Of a stretch of 60,229 nt of DNA, positions 18,020-26,775 are shown piece by piece. This DNA comes from an uncultured Planctomycetales bacterium (GTDB taxonomy: Bacteria; Omnitrophota; Gorgyraeia; Gygaellales; Profunditerraquicolaceae). The DNA lies in contig CAZOGI010000009.1 in assembly GCA_964579435.1 (NCBI GenBank), positions 1 through 60,229 on the forward strand, read 5' to 3'. A program made the position numbers and the translations under genes. The notes below the pieces were generated by a model. The model saw only the letters and a list, made by a program, of their open reading frames with translations. It did not search any database and had not been told where the DNA came from. Within the stretch, counting starts at the first letter, position 1; each line of letters begins with the position of its first letter.

Positions 18020-19582
18020 CTAACGGACGTCGTCTTCGGTTGCGGATGCCCCGTCCGGCCCCAGCGAGAAAAGGTCATAGTGGCGGTTTCTGCTGCCCGG
18101 CGAAAAATACTGATAGGGCTTTCCCCAGGCATCCAGCGGCACCGACTGCAGGTACGGCCCTTCCCACGCGCGGGGCCGGGGTTTCTGGTGCGGCCGCGAG
18201 ACCAGGGCAGCAAGGCCCTGCTCGCTGGTCGGATACGTTCCCGCATCCATGCGGTAGAGGTCCAAGGCCGTTGCGATATTCTCCATGCTGACCTTGACCA
18301 TCTCGCGTTTTGCCGCGTTCACCCGGCCGCTCAGGCGGGAAAAATCGATTGCCGCGACCGTCTCTTGCGTATTGAAAACGTTCTCGACCGGCGCAGGGAG
18401 AGCGACTGCCGCAGCGCTGCTGAGCGCGGGGCGGGGGCGCGGCTCCGCCTCCGCCGCAGGCACGCGCGTAGCGGCGGGAAGCGATACCGCGGCCGCAGGG
18501 ACGGCTGCGACAGGAGCACTCCGGCGAACGACCGGAGCAACAGGCGGTTGTGGCGCAGCGACCGCGGGAGCCACAGCAACGGCGGCGGCCGGCTGAGGAA
18601 CCTCTGCGGCGTCAGGCGCCGCAGGATGGCGCCGGGCCTGCCACAATTCTTTCTTGATATTGGCGGGCAACTCGAAGAGATCGGCGGCCATAGGCAGATC
18701 CTCCTCGACGCTGACCGCCTGCAGGATGACGATCCCGGAATCATCCGCTTGCTGCTTCAGGACGACTCCCGCATAGACCCAACTCGTCAGGTTGCCCGTA
18801 CGGTATACCTGGCAGGGCTTGCCTAAAAACTCCTCCTGCCGCTGCGGCGTCGCCGCCGGGAATAAATCACGGGGAACCACGAGAGCCCGTGCCTCGACCG
18901 TGGCCTTGCCCTGGACGAGATCCAGGTCATACCAGGTCTTGGAATCGAACAACCGCAGGAGCTCCTTGCGCATGCCGCTGCCCGAGACAGGGACAACCGT
19001 CTCTTCTTCGCGCAGACGATTGTTCTGGGCATCGATATAGAGCGTCTTCTGGAGCGTATACGGCGCAGCGTCTACGGTGATCGCATTTTCGTAAAATACC
19101 TTGATGGTCTTGAAGGAACCTCCCTCGGCGCGCGGGGCGGCGGCGAGCGACTCCGCCGGTTCAGGCCGTAACGGCGGGGAGGGCGCGGATGCGTCAGACA
19201 AAGCGGCAGCCGCGGATTCCGGCGGCGACGGCAACTCCTTCCCCAGCGCGGAAGGAACAGGAGCCGCAGGGACCGGATCGATTGCCGCAGGAGGCACGGC
19301 GGCGAGCGCAGCCGGCGCAGAGGCCGGGACAAAAGATGCACTGCCGCCGGCTTCGGCGTTCAACCGCTCTTCTTCTTCCGGCGTCAGCTCCAAGCGCTGC
19401 AGGGTTTTCAAAAAATAAATACTCGGGCCCTTACGGGGCTGGTCAATCTTTATGTATTTGTCGGTCTTCTTTACCGCCGCGCCTTCGACAATCTGGCCGC
19501 TCTCCAGAACCAGGCGCGCGGCCTCGGCGCCTGACGGGAGACTGGCGCATACGGCCATACAGATAAAAAGGATTCTCTTCAT
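18020..19582 (-). CDS. Exported protein with C-terminal type II secretion GspG-like globular domain, Pro/Ala-rich linkers and unknown N-terminal domains
   Basis: C-terminus 'ALDLYRMDAGTYPTSEQGLAALV...WEGPYL...DAWGKPYQYFSPG...YDLFSLGPDG' is a near-textbook GspG head. N-terminus 'MKRILFICMAVCASLPSGAEA' is a Sec-type signal, not a prepilin leader. Start set to ATG 19582 (ATGA overlap with the upstream stop). Confidence 0.7.
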   Translation of the reverse strand: MKRILFICMAVCASLPSGAEAARLVLESGQIVEGAAVKKTDKYIKIDQPRKGPSIYFLKTLQRLELTPEEEERLNAEAGGSASFVPASAPAALAAVPPAAIDPVPAAPVPSALGKELPSPPESAAAALSDASAPSPPLRPEPAESLAAAPRAEGGSFKTIKVFYENAITVDAAPYTLQKTLYIDAQNNRLREEETVVPVSGSGMRKELLRLFDSKTWYDLDLVQGKATVEARALVVPRDLFPAATPQRQEEFLGKPCQVYRTGNLTSWVYAGVVLKQQADDSGIVILQAVSVEEDLPMAADLFELPANIKKELWQARRHPAAPDAAEVPQPAAAVAVAPAVAAPQPPVAPVVRRSAPVAAVPAAAVSLPAATRVPAAEAEPRPRPALSSAAAVALPAPVENVFNTQETVAAIDFSRLSGRVNAAKREMVKVSMENIATALDLYRMDAGTYPTSEQGLAALVSRPHQKPRPRAWEGPYLQSVPLDAWGKPYQYFSPGSRNRHYDLFSLGPDGASATEDDVR

Positions 19583-21627
19583 GGGCCCCTTCCCTCGAGC
19601 GCTTCTTGCGCCGCTTTCAACACGTCGGAAACGCTCACCGCATCCAGACATACCCACCCTTTGGTGCAGTCATGCGCACGGCATTCGACGCACCCAGCAT
19701 CCCTGTGCACGAAACGATCGTGCCGGTTCAGCGGCCCCCAGCGCCGCGGGCTCAGTCCCGGCTGCTTGCGCCCGAAGATCGAAACAACGGGCGTGTTGAC
19801 CGCGGAGGCGACGTGCACCGGCCCCGAATCGTTGGAAATCAGGAGCGCGCAGCGCCTCAGGACGCTCGCCAGTTGCGCGACGCTGGTCCTGCCGCAAAGA
19901 TTAAGCGCCCCGGGACCCAGACGCCCGGCAATGCCTGCGGCGGATGCCGCGTCCTGTCTACCTCCGACGATAACCGTCTTCAGCCGGTACGTGCGCATGA
20001 GCGCCTCGGCTGCCTCGGCAAAACGTTCCGCAGGCCAGCGTTTCGAGCGGCAGCTGGCTCCCGGATGCAGGGCCAACACCCGTTCCCCCGGCCCGATCCC
20101 GGCACCCTCCAAAACCTGACGCGCCCACTCCTCGGCCGCCGGGGAAAACGGCATGTACAGCGGCGGCCGTTCGCGCGTCAGTCCCGCGCGCTCCACCACA
20201 TCAAGATTATAGTCCAATTCGTGTTTTTCACCAAGATGTTTCGCGTGCGCCAGCCTGCGGTTCAGGAGGAAGCCGAGCTTACGGTTATAGCCGAAGCGCA
20301 GCCGGATCCCCGCGAAAAAAACGATCAGATGGACGCGGTTCGTCGGATGAAGGATAAACGCGGCATCGAACCGGCGCCGGCGCAGCGAAAGCGCAAAACG
20401 CATCGACGCCAACCACCCCCGATGGCTCCCGTCTTTATCGTACACCAAGACTTCGTCGACAAACGGGTTCCCCTCCACCACGTCGCGGGCGGCGGGCCCG
20501 ACCATGACGGCGCAATAGGCATTGGGGTAGGCGCCGCGCAGGGCCTGCAGAACCGGGGTCGAAAGGACCACATCGCCGATACGGTCGGTGCGCACGACCA
20601 GGATCCGGCGCAGCGCCGGAAGCGCACGCTCCTGCCGGGGCGCGGGAGAGAGCACCCGCCGGATCGCGTCGGTAACGGCAGAGACGCCGATCAGCGCAAG
20701 GCACTCCCTGGTCTTAAACCGGCACTGGGCCCGGCTACAAGGACGGCAAAAGATATCGCGCGAGACCGCCGCCGACGAACGCGACCAGGGACCGTAGCGC
20801 GCCTCATCCGTCGGCCCGAAGAGAGCCACGACCGGACGATCCCAATAGCTGGCAAGATGCATCAGAGCGCTGTCGTTGGTCACGACCAGGTCCGCCTGCC
20901 GCAGGATCTGCCCGGCCTCGGCAAGGTTCGTGCGGCCGCAGAGATTACACACCGGCGCCTTGGCGTGCTCGGCAATCCAGGAAGCGGTTTGGGCATCCTC
21001 CTCATCGCCGATGATGACAAAACGCAGACGCTGCGGCTGCACCAGCCCCTCCCCGACGCCTTCGCTCAAGAGCGTATCCAGCAGCGCAACAAAGCGTTCT
21101 TTCTCCCATCGCTTGGTCGAGCTGCGGGCGCCGGGGGCAAAAACAACCAGACAATCTCCTGCCTGCAGCCCGCCCTCTTTCAATAAAAGCGCCGCTTTGC
21201 GACGCGTCCTCTCATCGGGCAAAAGGACGCACGCCGGGGGACGCTTCTCACTCGCGGCACCGGGAGAGACCGCAGCCAGGTGTTCCCCAAGCTTATGGCG
21301 CGCGCGCCGCAGCGCCGCTTTTCCCAAGCGCACCCGCGCCGGCAGAAAGCCGAAAAAACTGTTGCGCAGATCGACCACCATATCGAAACCGCGGCGCCTC
21401 AACTCCATCCACAGACGAATCTTTTCCCGCAGGCGCGCCCGCTTGTCGTAGGGGATGACTTCGCTGATCCAATCTCCGGGGGCCAGGAGCGAAGCGGCGC
21501 GTTTCCCGACGAGAACGGTGACCTTGGCCGAGGGAAAACGCTCATGCAGCCGCTCAAGCGCCGGAACGGTCAGGATAACGTCGCCGATGTTGCTTAAGGT
21601 GATGAAGAGGATCGAAGTGATAGACAT
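19579..21627 (-). CDS. Tandem double glycosyltransferase family 9 (heptosyltransferase-like) protein
   Basis: 682 aa. Two N-terminal GT9 signatures ('ILFITLSNIGDVILTVPAL', 'ILVVRTDRIGDVVLSTPVL'). Two C-terminal donor-site motifs ('TNDSALMHLA', 'SNDSGPVHVA'). Confidence 0.8.
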   Translation of the reverse strand: MSITSILFITLSNIGDVILTVPALERLHERFPSAKVTVLVGKRAASLLAPGDWISEVIPYDKRARLREKIRLWMELRRRGFDMVVDLRNSFFGFLPARVRLGKAALRRARHKLGEHLAAVSPGAASEKRPPACVLLPDERTRRKAALLLKEGGLQAGDCLVVFAPGARSSTKRWEKERFVALLDTLLSEGVGEGLVQPQRLRFVIIGDEEDAQTASWIAEHAKAPVCNLCGRTNLAEAGQILRQADLVVTNDSALMHLASYWDRPVVALFGPTDEARYGPWSRSSAAVSRDIFCRPCSRAQCRFKTRECLALIGVSAVTDAIRRVLSPAPRQERALPALRRILVVRTDRIGDVVLSTPVLQALRGAYPNAYCAVMVGPAARDVVEGNPFVDEVLVYDKDGSHRGWLASMRFALSLRRRRFDAAFILHPTNRVHLIVFFAGIRLRFGYNRKLGFLLNRRLAHAKHLGEKHELDYNLDVVERAGLTRERPPLYMPFSPAAEEWARQVLEGAGIGPGERVLALHPGASCRSKRWPAERFAEAAEALMRTYRLKTVIVGGRQDAASAAGIAGRLGPGALNLCGRTSVAQLASVLRRCALLISNDSGPVHVASAVNTPVVSIFGRKQPGLSPRRWGPLNRHDRFVHRDAGCVECRAHDCTKGWVCLDAVSVSDVLKAAQEALEGRGP

Positions 21628-21633
21628 AAGTAG

Positions 21634-21711
21634 TTTGGAGTTTGGAGTAGGGAATGTGGAGCGGCAAAACTCCGCACTCCCTACTCCCTACTCCCTACTC
21701 CTGGCTCCTGA
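21634..21711. repeat. Self-complementary heptad-repeat element: (NNNGGAG)4 - CGGCAAAA - (CTCCNNN)6
   Basis: Plus strand: TTTGGAG TTTGGAG TAGGGAA TGTGGAG | CGGCAAAA | CTCCGCA CTCCCTA CTCCCTA CTCCCTA CTCCTGG CTCCTGA. It fills the 85-nt spacer between the GT9 stop (21713) and the GT9-GT9 start (21627). Confidence 0.85.
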
Positions 21712-21712
21712 C

Positions 21713-22738
21713 TCAATACTCGACACTGCCCTTGACCGCCTCGAATACGCGATCGACGCAAATGGAACGCATACACCGGTTATCCGGACAATCAACCCGA
21801 TAGCAGGGAAGGGCACAGTCAACCGGCGCCCGGATGATTTTGACGCGCTGCGCGGGCCGCGGACCGGTGAGCCGGGGGTCGGTCGGCCCGAAGAGCCCCA
21901 CAAGGGCGCGCGCGCCGGCGGCATTGGCAATGTGCAGCGGCCCGCTGTCTGCGCTCACCAAACAGTCCAGGAGCGTCGTCATCGCGATAAAGATACGCAA
22001 GGAAAGCTCGCCGCAGGCGATGACCGGCGCGGGAGATATCCCCCCGGCGATCTCCCGGGCAAGGCGCTGGTCCTGCGCCCCGCCGCTGATAACGATTCGG
22101 GCGTTGCACTCCCGGGCGAGCCGGCGCGCCAGGAGGGCCCAGGACTCTTTCGGCCAGCGTTTCGGCCCCCAATTGCCTCCGGGATTGATGCCGATAAGCG
22201 GCCCCGGCGCAGAAACCAGCCGTGACTGCAGGAAAGAGCGGGCTGCGGTTTTCTCTTCGTCGGAGACGAAAATCTCCGGCGTGCGCGCGGTCACCGCAAC
22301 ACCCGCGCGGGACAGGACTTCAAGATAATAATCGATACGGTGCACGGCGTCGATCTGCGGCGCCTCCAGCGGCTGCGTCAGAAGCCAGGAACGGTTTTTT
22401 GCCTGAAAACCGACGCGTTGCGGGATCCCGGCAAGTGCGCTGAGAAGGGCGCGGGTAAAGGAACGGTGCAGGAGAAAGACGCAGTCAAACCTCCTGCGGC
22501 GCAGGGCCCGGACCAGGCGCAGCGCCCGCAGCGGCCCCCGGTCGGACGTGCGCTCATCAAAAGGGAGTATCTCATCCACGGACGGGTTGCCCTGCAGCAG
22601 CGGGACGCAGCGCGGCGGGACAAGGCAGGCGACAAAGCTTCCCGGAAACGCCTCCTTGAGGCTGCGCATGACGGGGGTGGAAAAAAGGACGTCCCCCAGC
22701 CAGTTCACGCCGAAGACCAAAATCCGCTTTCTCTGCAT
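21713..22738 (-). CDS. Glycosyltransferase family 9 (LPS heptosyltransferase-like)
   Basis: 341 aa. 'ILVFGVNWLGDVLFSTPVM' and 'VSADSGPLHIANA'. Confidence 0.85.
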   Translation of the reverse strand: MQRKRILVFGVNWLGDVLFSTPVMRSLKEAFPGSFVACLVPPRCVPLLQGNPSVDEILPFDERTSDRGPLRALRLVRALRRRRFDCVFLLHRSFTRALLSALAGIPQRVGFQAKNRSWLLTQPLEAPQIDAVHRIDYYLEVLSRAGVAVTARTPEIFVSDEEKTAARSFLQSRLVSAPGPLIGINPGGNWGPKRWPKESWALLARRLARECNARIVISGGAQDQRLAREIAGGISPAPVIACGELSLRIFIAMTTLLDCLVSADSGPLHIANAAGARALVGLFGPTDPRLTGPRPAQRVKIIRAPVDCALPCYRVDCPDNRCMRSICVDRVFEAVKGSVEY

Positions 22739-22753
22739 TTTTCTCGACGCCCT

Positions 22754-23545
22754 TTATTTATGGCGGCGCTCCTTGAAAAATGAGTACCAGCCCGAAGATT
22801 CGAACCAGAAGACAAAAAGGTTCTTGGCGTTCTCGGAGATGCGCAGGCGTTTGAGCGCGAAGATATCGTCGTTAGCAGCGCCCCTGCCCGGATTCGTCGC
22901 AACCGCCGCCTCGTATCCGGCTTCTTTGACGAGCAAGCGGATTGCGGCGGTGTAACGGCCTTCGGGATAACTGAAGAGCCGCACCGGCACGCCGAGTCGG
23001 CCCTGGAGCATCTCTTTCGATTCGAAGATCTGCCGGCGCACCTCCCGGGCATCGGTTATATTGATCAGCGGTTCGGGGCCGATGGTGTGGCTGCCGAATT
23101 CGACGAGCCCGGAATCCCGCATCTGCGTTATTTCCTCCCAGGAGAGACGATCGCCCTGCGGCCGGCCCACTTCCTGGACGATGATGAAGACCGTCGCGGG
23201 GATCGCGTATTTTTTGAGCACGGCAAAAGCGTAGGTGAAATTGTCCTTGTATCCGTCGTCGAAGGTTATCGCGACGGTGCCCAGCGGCAGGCGCCTGCCT
23301 TCACGCACCAGGGCCGCCAGCTGCGACAGGGGGATGACGTTGTAGCGGTGACGCCGCAGGAATGCCATCTGGCGCTCGAAGGTCTGGGTCGAGACGGCAA
23401 GCCGGTTCGCATAGGGCGCATCCGGATAGACGGAATGGTACATCAAGATCGGAGGCACATACGCCCGCCGCAATCCGACGGCAAGGGCGCCGCAGCCCAC
23501 AAGTACCGCCAGAAGAATACCGAACCGCTTCAGTTCCCGACGCAT
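22754..23545 (-). CDS. Membrane-anchored polysaccharide deacetylase (NodB homology domain)
   Basis: 263 aa. TM 'FGILLAVLVGCGALAVGL'. NodB motifs 'ITFDDGY', 'FGSHT', 'LFSYPEG'. Confidence 0.8.
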   Translation of the reverse strand: MRRELKRFGILLAVLVGCGALAVGLRRAYVPPILMYHSVYPDAPYANRLAVSTQTFERQMAFLRRHRYNVIPLSQLAALVREGRRLPLGTVAITFDDGYKDNFTYAFAVLKKYAIPATVFIIVQEVGRPQGDRLSWEEITQMRDSGLVEFGSHTIGPEPLINITDAREVRRQIFESKEMLQGRLGVPVRLFSYPEGRYTAAIRLLVKEAGYEAAVATNPGRGAANDDIFALKRLRISENAKNLFVFWFESSGWYSFFKERRHK

Positions 23546-24621
23546 AGCGAATAGACCCTTTCGGTTTCCTGAACCATCTGTTCCTGGGAAAAATCACGCT
23601 CGATCCGTTCGCGGGCTGCCGCGCCGAGGCGCTCGCGCGCCGCCGGATCCCGCAAGAGGCTCAGGATAGCGCCTGCCAGCGCGTCGCTGTCGCGCGGCTC
23701 AACCAGCAAACCGCTGCGCCCATCCTCGATGAGCGTACGGATACCGCCGACGGATGAACCGACGACGGCGCGGGAAGCGGCCATCGCCTCCATCAACGCC
23801 AACCCCAACCCCTCCTGCAGCGAAGGCAAAACGAAGACATCCATCGCCGAGAGCGCCCGGGCGGTATCGGTTACTGTCGGCAAAAGAAACGCCCTCCCCT
23901 GCAAGCCTAATTCCCGGATAAGCCCCAGCAGCTGCGGGCGCATTTTGCCTTCTCCGATAATGACCAGGCGCGCCTGCGGCTGGGCGCGGCAAACCTGCGG
24001 CATCGCCCGGACCAGATACTCCAGCCCCTTGACGTCGGAAAGACGCGCGATGCAGCCGACGACCGGACCGGTGCCGCCGATCCCCAGCGCCTCCGCGGCG
24101 CCGGCGCAGGGCGCATCGCAGAAACGCCGCAGGTCGATCCCGTTATGGACCAGACTGATTCTTCCGGGAGGAAGCGAAAAATCGGCGCGCAGATGTTCGG
24201 CGACCTGGCTGCTTATGGCGATCGTGCGCTCTCCCCAGCAGGGGAAAAACCGCCGATGCCATGAAGGACGGAAAAACCCGTGGCAGGTCGTCAGATACGG
24301 GATCCCGCTGAAGCGGCTCGCCCATGCGGCAGCAACCGCGGCGACGCGGGTCTGCGCATGGATGAGGTTCACGCCTTCTCTTTTAACCCACCCCGCAAGC
24401 CGCAGGGCGCTTACCAAAACCAAAGGATGCGCCTCCGCTTTAAGGCGCAGCGGCAGCCGCAGAAGCCGCACCCCGTCTGCGCAAAAGGCATCTTGCAGCG
24501 CGCCGCCTCCGGAAGCCAGAGAGACGCTGTGGCCGTGCCGCAGGAGACCGCGCGACAGCGTCAGCAGGTAACTGGCAATACCTCCGGTATCCAGGTGCGA
24601 CGTCACCAAAACGATCTTCAT
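23530..24621 (-). CDS. Glycosyltransferase family 4
   Basis: 'MKIVLVTSHLDTGGIASY' and 'PSLQEGLGLALMEAMA' (EX7E region). Start set to ATG 24621 (ATGA overlap with the upstream stop). The 40-codon extension to 24741 is unsupported. Confidence 0.8.
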   Translation of the reverse strand: MKIVLVTSHLDTGGIASYLLTLSRGLLRHGHSVSLASGGGALQDAFCADGVRLLRLPLRLKAEAHPLVLVSALRLAGWVKREGVNLIHAQTRVAAVAAAWASRFSGIPYLTTCHGFFRPSWHRRFFPCWGERTIAISSQVAEHLRADFSLPPGRISLVHNGIDLRRFCDAPCAGAAEALGIGGTGPVVGCIARLSDVKGLEYLVRAMPQVCRAQPQARLVIIGEGKMRPQLLGLIRELGLQGRAFLLPTVTDTARALSAMDVFVLPSLQEGLGLALMEAMAASRAVVGSSVGGIRTLIEDGRSGLLVEPRDSDALAGAILSLLRDPAARERLGAAARERIERDFSQEQMVQETERVYSLCVGN

Positions 24622-26732
24622 GACCGAGACATACCCTCCTCCGGCTGCAGGAGCCGGTTCACGGCTTCCCGCACCTCCTCGGCGCTTATCTGACGCATGC
24701 AACGCCGATGCGCGCAGCTGGGGCGGTAACAACGCCGGCAAGGGATATCCTGTTCAAGCACGACCGCGCGCGATGACGGCGGCATGTGCCGTTTCGGGTC
24801 GGTAGGACCGAAGAGCGCCACAAGCGGCACCCCCATCGCCGCCGCCACGTGCAGCGGCGCCGAATCCCCCGAAATGAAACAGACGCAGCGCCGGATAAGG
24901 CAGGCGAGCTGATTGACCGTCGTCTTGCCGCAGGCATTGATCGGCGCATACTCTTTCAGTTGGGACAGGAGCGCATTGGCCGGGGCAGCGTCGGCCGCGG
25001 TCCCGGTCAGCACCATACGGATGCCGCGCGGCGCCAGCAAACCGCAGAGGCGCGCTACCTGTTCGACAGGCCAGCGCTTGGTCTGCCACCTGCTGCTTGC
25101 CCCCAGATTGATGCCGACGAGACGCTGGGTGCCGCTGAGCCATTGGCCGCCGAGGAATTCCCGGACATACTCCTCATCCTGCGGCGACGGCCACAGGCTC
25201 AATCGCTCTCCCGCGTATTCGATCCCGAGGCTTTTGAGCACGCGGAACTGGTGGCGCACCGGCTCCAGAGGGACCCGGTCATCCTGTATCCCCCGGTTCA
25301 GCAGGAACCCCCATTTGCGGTCGGCATAGCCGAAACGCTGCGGCGCCGCGCTCAACCAGGAGAGCAGATGGCTGTCGCGGTTGTTCTGCAGATCGACGCA
25401 GATATCGAATCCCTTCCTGCTCAGGCGCCGTCCCAGCCGCCATAAACCGCGCCACCCCCCCTCCCCCTTGGAGCCGCAGACAATCACCTCGTCGACGTAA
25501 GGAGAGCGCAGGAGCACGTCCTGGAACTCGTCGCGCACGAGAACGCTTATATGGTTGTTTCCCGCGGGGAACTTCTTGCGCAGCGCCTGCAGCGATGCGC
25601 CCGCCAGGATGATATCGCCCAGGGACCCCAGCTTGATGACGAGTATCCGCCGCGTTGCCAGCGTCTCTTCATATACCGCAAGCGTGCGGCTCACCATTTC
25701 CTCCAGCGTAAAACGCCGCTCGACGATCTCCCGTCCGGCCTGCGCCAGCGAAACGGCCAGCTGCGGATCGCGCCAGACGCGCGCCGCCGCCGTCGCGATC
25801 GCAGCCGGATCCGCAGGAGGCACGAGGATGCCGCTCTGTGCGTCCCTGATGATATCGACCACCCCGCCGACTTCGGTTGCCACCACCGGCACCCCGCAGG
25901 ACTGTGCTTCGATGATCACCCGGCCGAACGCTTCCTGCGTCGTCGTGGCCAGGACCAACAGGTCCAGATGGCGCAGCAGCCCGGGGATATCGCGCTGGAC
26001 GCCGAGGAACTGGGTTACCCCCTGCAGGCCAAGGCGGTTCACCAGGATCTTAAGCTGCTCCTTGTAGGCCTGCTTCGACGCAGGGGCGTCGCCGATGATC
26101 CAGACCTTCAGGCCCGGAATTTCGCGCGCCAGCAGGGCCATGGCCTTGATGAAAAAAGAGTGGCCCTTCAGCGGCGTGATCCTGCCGATGATGCCGACAT
26201 TGAACTCGGCGGTGCGCTTTTCTGTCGGGTCGCAATAGGGGAATCGCTGCGCGTCGACGCTGCGGGGGATGAGGCGGATACGTTCCTGTGGCACGCCGAA
26301 ATCGTCGATCATGTGGCGGGCGATGGCGTTGGAGAGGACGATGACCCGTTTGCCCCAGCCCATCACGAAGCTGAACGGATGCACGCGGTAATAGCCGTGG
26401 CAGGTCGTGACGAAAGCGACGTTCTCGCTGCGGGCGGCAAAAAAAGCCGGCCAGGCAGGCACGCGCGAGCGGGCGTGCACGATATCCGGTTTTTCGGCAC
26501 GGATGATCTCCCGAAGCCGCCGGTATGCCTGCAGCATCGCCGGGAGCGACTTATGGTTGACCGGCACCTGGTAGTGCCGCGCCCCGCAGGAAACCAGCTC
26601 GCGGACCAGTTCCCCTCCCGCCGAAACAACGGCGCAGGAATGCCCCCGCTGTATAAGCTGACGGGCCAGGTCGAGCGTGCCGGTCTCCACACCGCCGACG
26701 TTGAGCTCAGGAAGCACCTGAAGTATTTTCAT
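24618..26732 (-). CDS. GT4 glycosyltransferase fused to GT9 (heptosyltransferase-like) domain
   Basis: 704 aa. N-half is paralogous to the neighbouring GT4 ('MKILQVLPELNVGGVETG', 'TTTQEAFGRVIIEAQ'). C-half is GT9 ('ILVIKLGSLGDIILAGASL', 'ISGDSAPLHVAAA'). Confidence 0.8.
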   Translation of the reverse strand: MKILQVLPELNVGGVETGTLDLARQLIQRGHSCAVVSAGGELVRELVSCGARHYQVPVNHKSLPAMLQAYRRLREIIRAEKPDIVHARSRVPAWPAFFAARSENVAFVTTCHGYYRVHPFSFVMGWGKRVIVLSNAIARHMIDDFGVPQERIRLIPRSVDAQRFPYCDPTEKRTAEFNVGIIGRITPLKGHSFFIKAMALLAREIPGLKVWIIGDAPASKQAYKEQLKILVNRLGLQGVTQFLGVQRDIPGLLRHLDLLVLATTTQEAFGRVIIEAQSCGVPVVATEVGGVVDIIRDAQSGILVPPADPAAIATAAARVWRDPQLAVSLAQAGREIVERRFTLEEMVSRTLAVYEETLATRRILVIKLGSLGDIILAGASLQALRKKFPAGNNHISVLVRDEFQDVLLRSPYVDEVIVCGSKGEGGWRGLWRLGRRLSRKGFDICVDLQNNRDSHLLSWLSAAPQRFGYADRKWGFLLNRGIQDDRVPLEPVRHQFRVLKSLGIEYAGERLSLWPSPQDEEYVREFLGGQWLSGTQRLVGINLGASSRWQTKRWPVEQVARLCGLLAPRGIRMVLTGTAADAAPANALLSQLKEYAPINACGKTTVNQLACLIRRCVCFISGDSAPLHVAAAMGVPLVALFGPTDPKRHMPPSSRAVVLEQDIPCRRCYRPSCAHRRCMRQISAEEVREAVNRLLQPEEGMSRS

Positions 26733-26741
26733 ACGCTAATC

Positions 26742-26769
26742 TTGCAAGGATACGCTTTTCTGATATAAT
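26742..26769 (+). promoter_or_regulatory. Sigma70-type promoter TTGCAA-16-TATAAT; predicted start at the A of ATG 26776 (leaderless)
   Basis: -35 box at 26742-26747. Perfect -10 box at 26764-26769. Six nt (TCAACC) separate it from the ATG. Confidence 0.6.
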
Positions 26770-26775
26770 TCAACC

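Noticed and set aside
18330-18620. GC-rich, repetitive-looking DNA inside the GspG-like gene, considered as a nucleotide repeat element.
   Set aside because: It is explained by Pro/Ala-rich linker coding (PAAP/AAVP runs), and no exact DNA periodicity was found.
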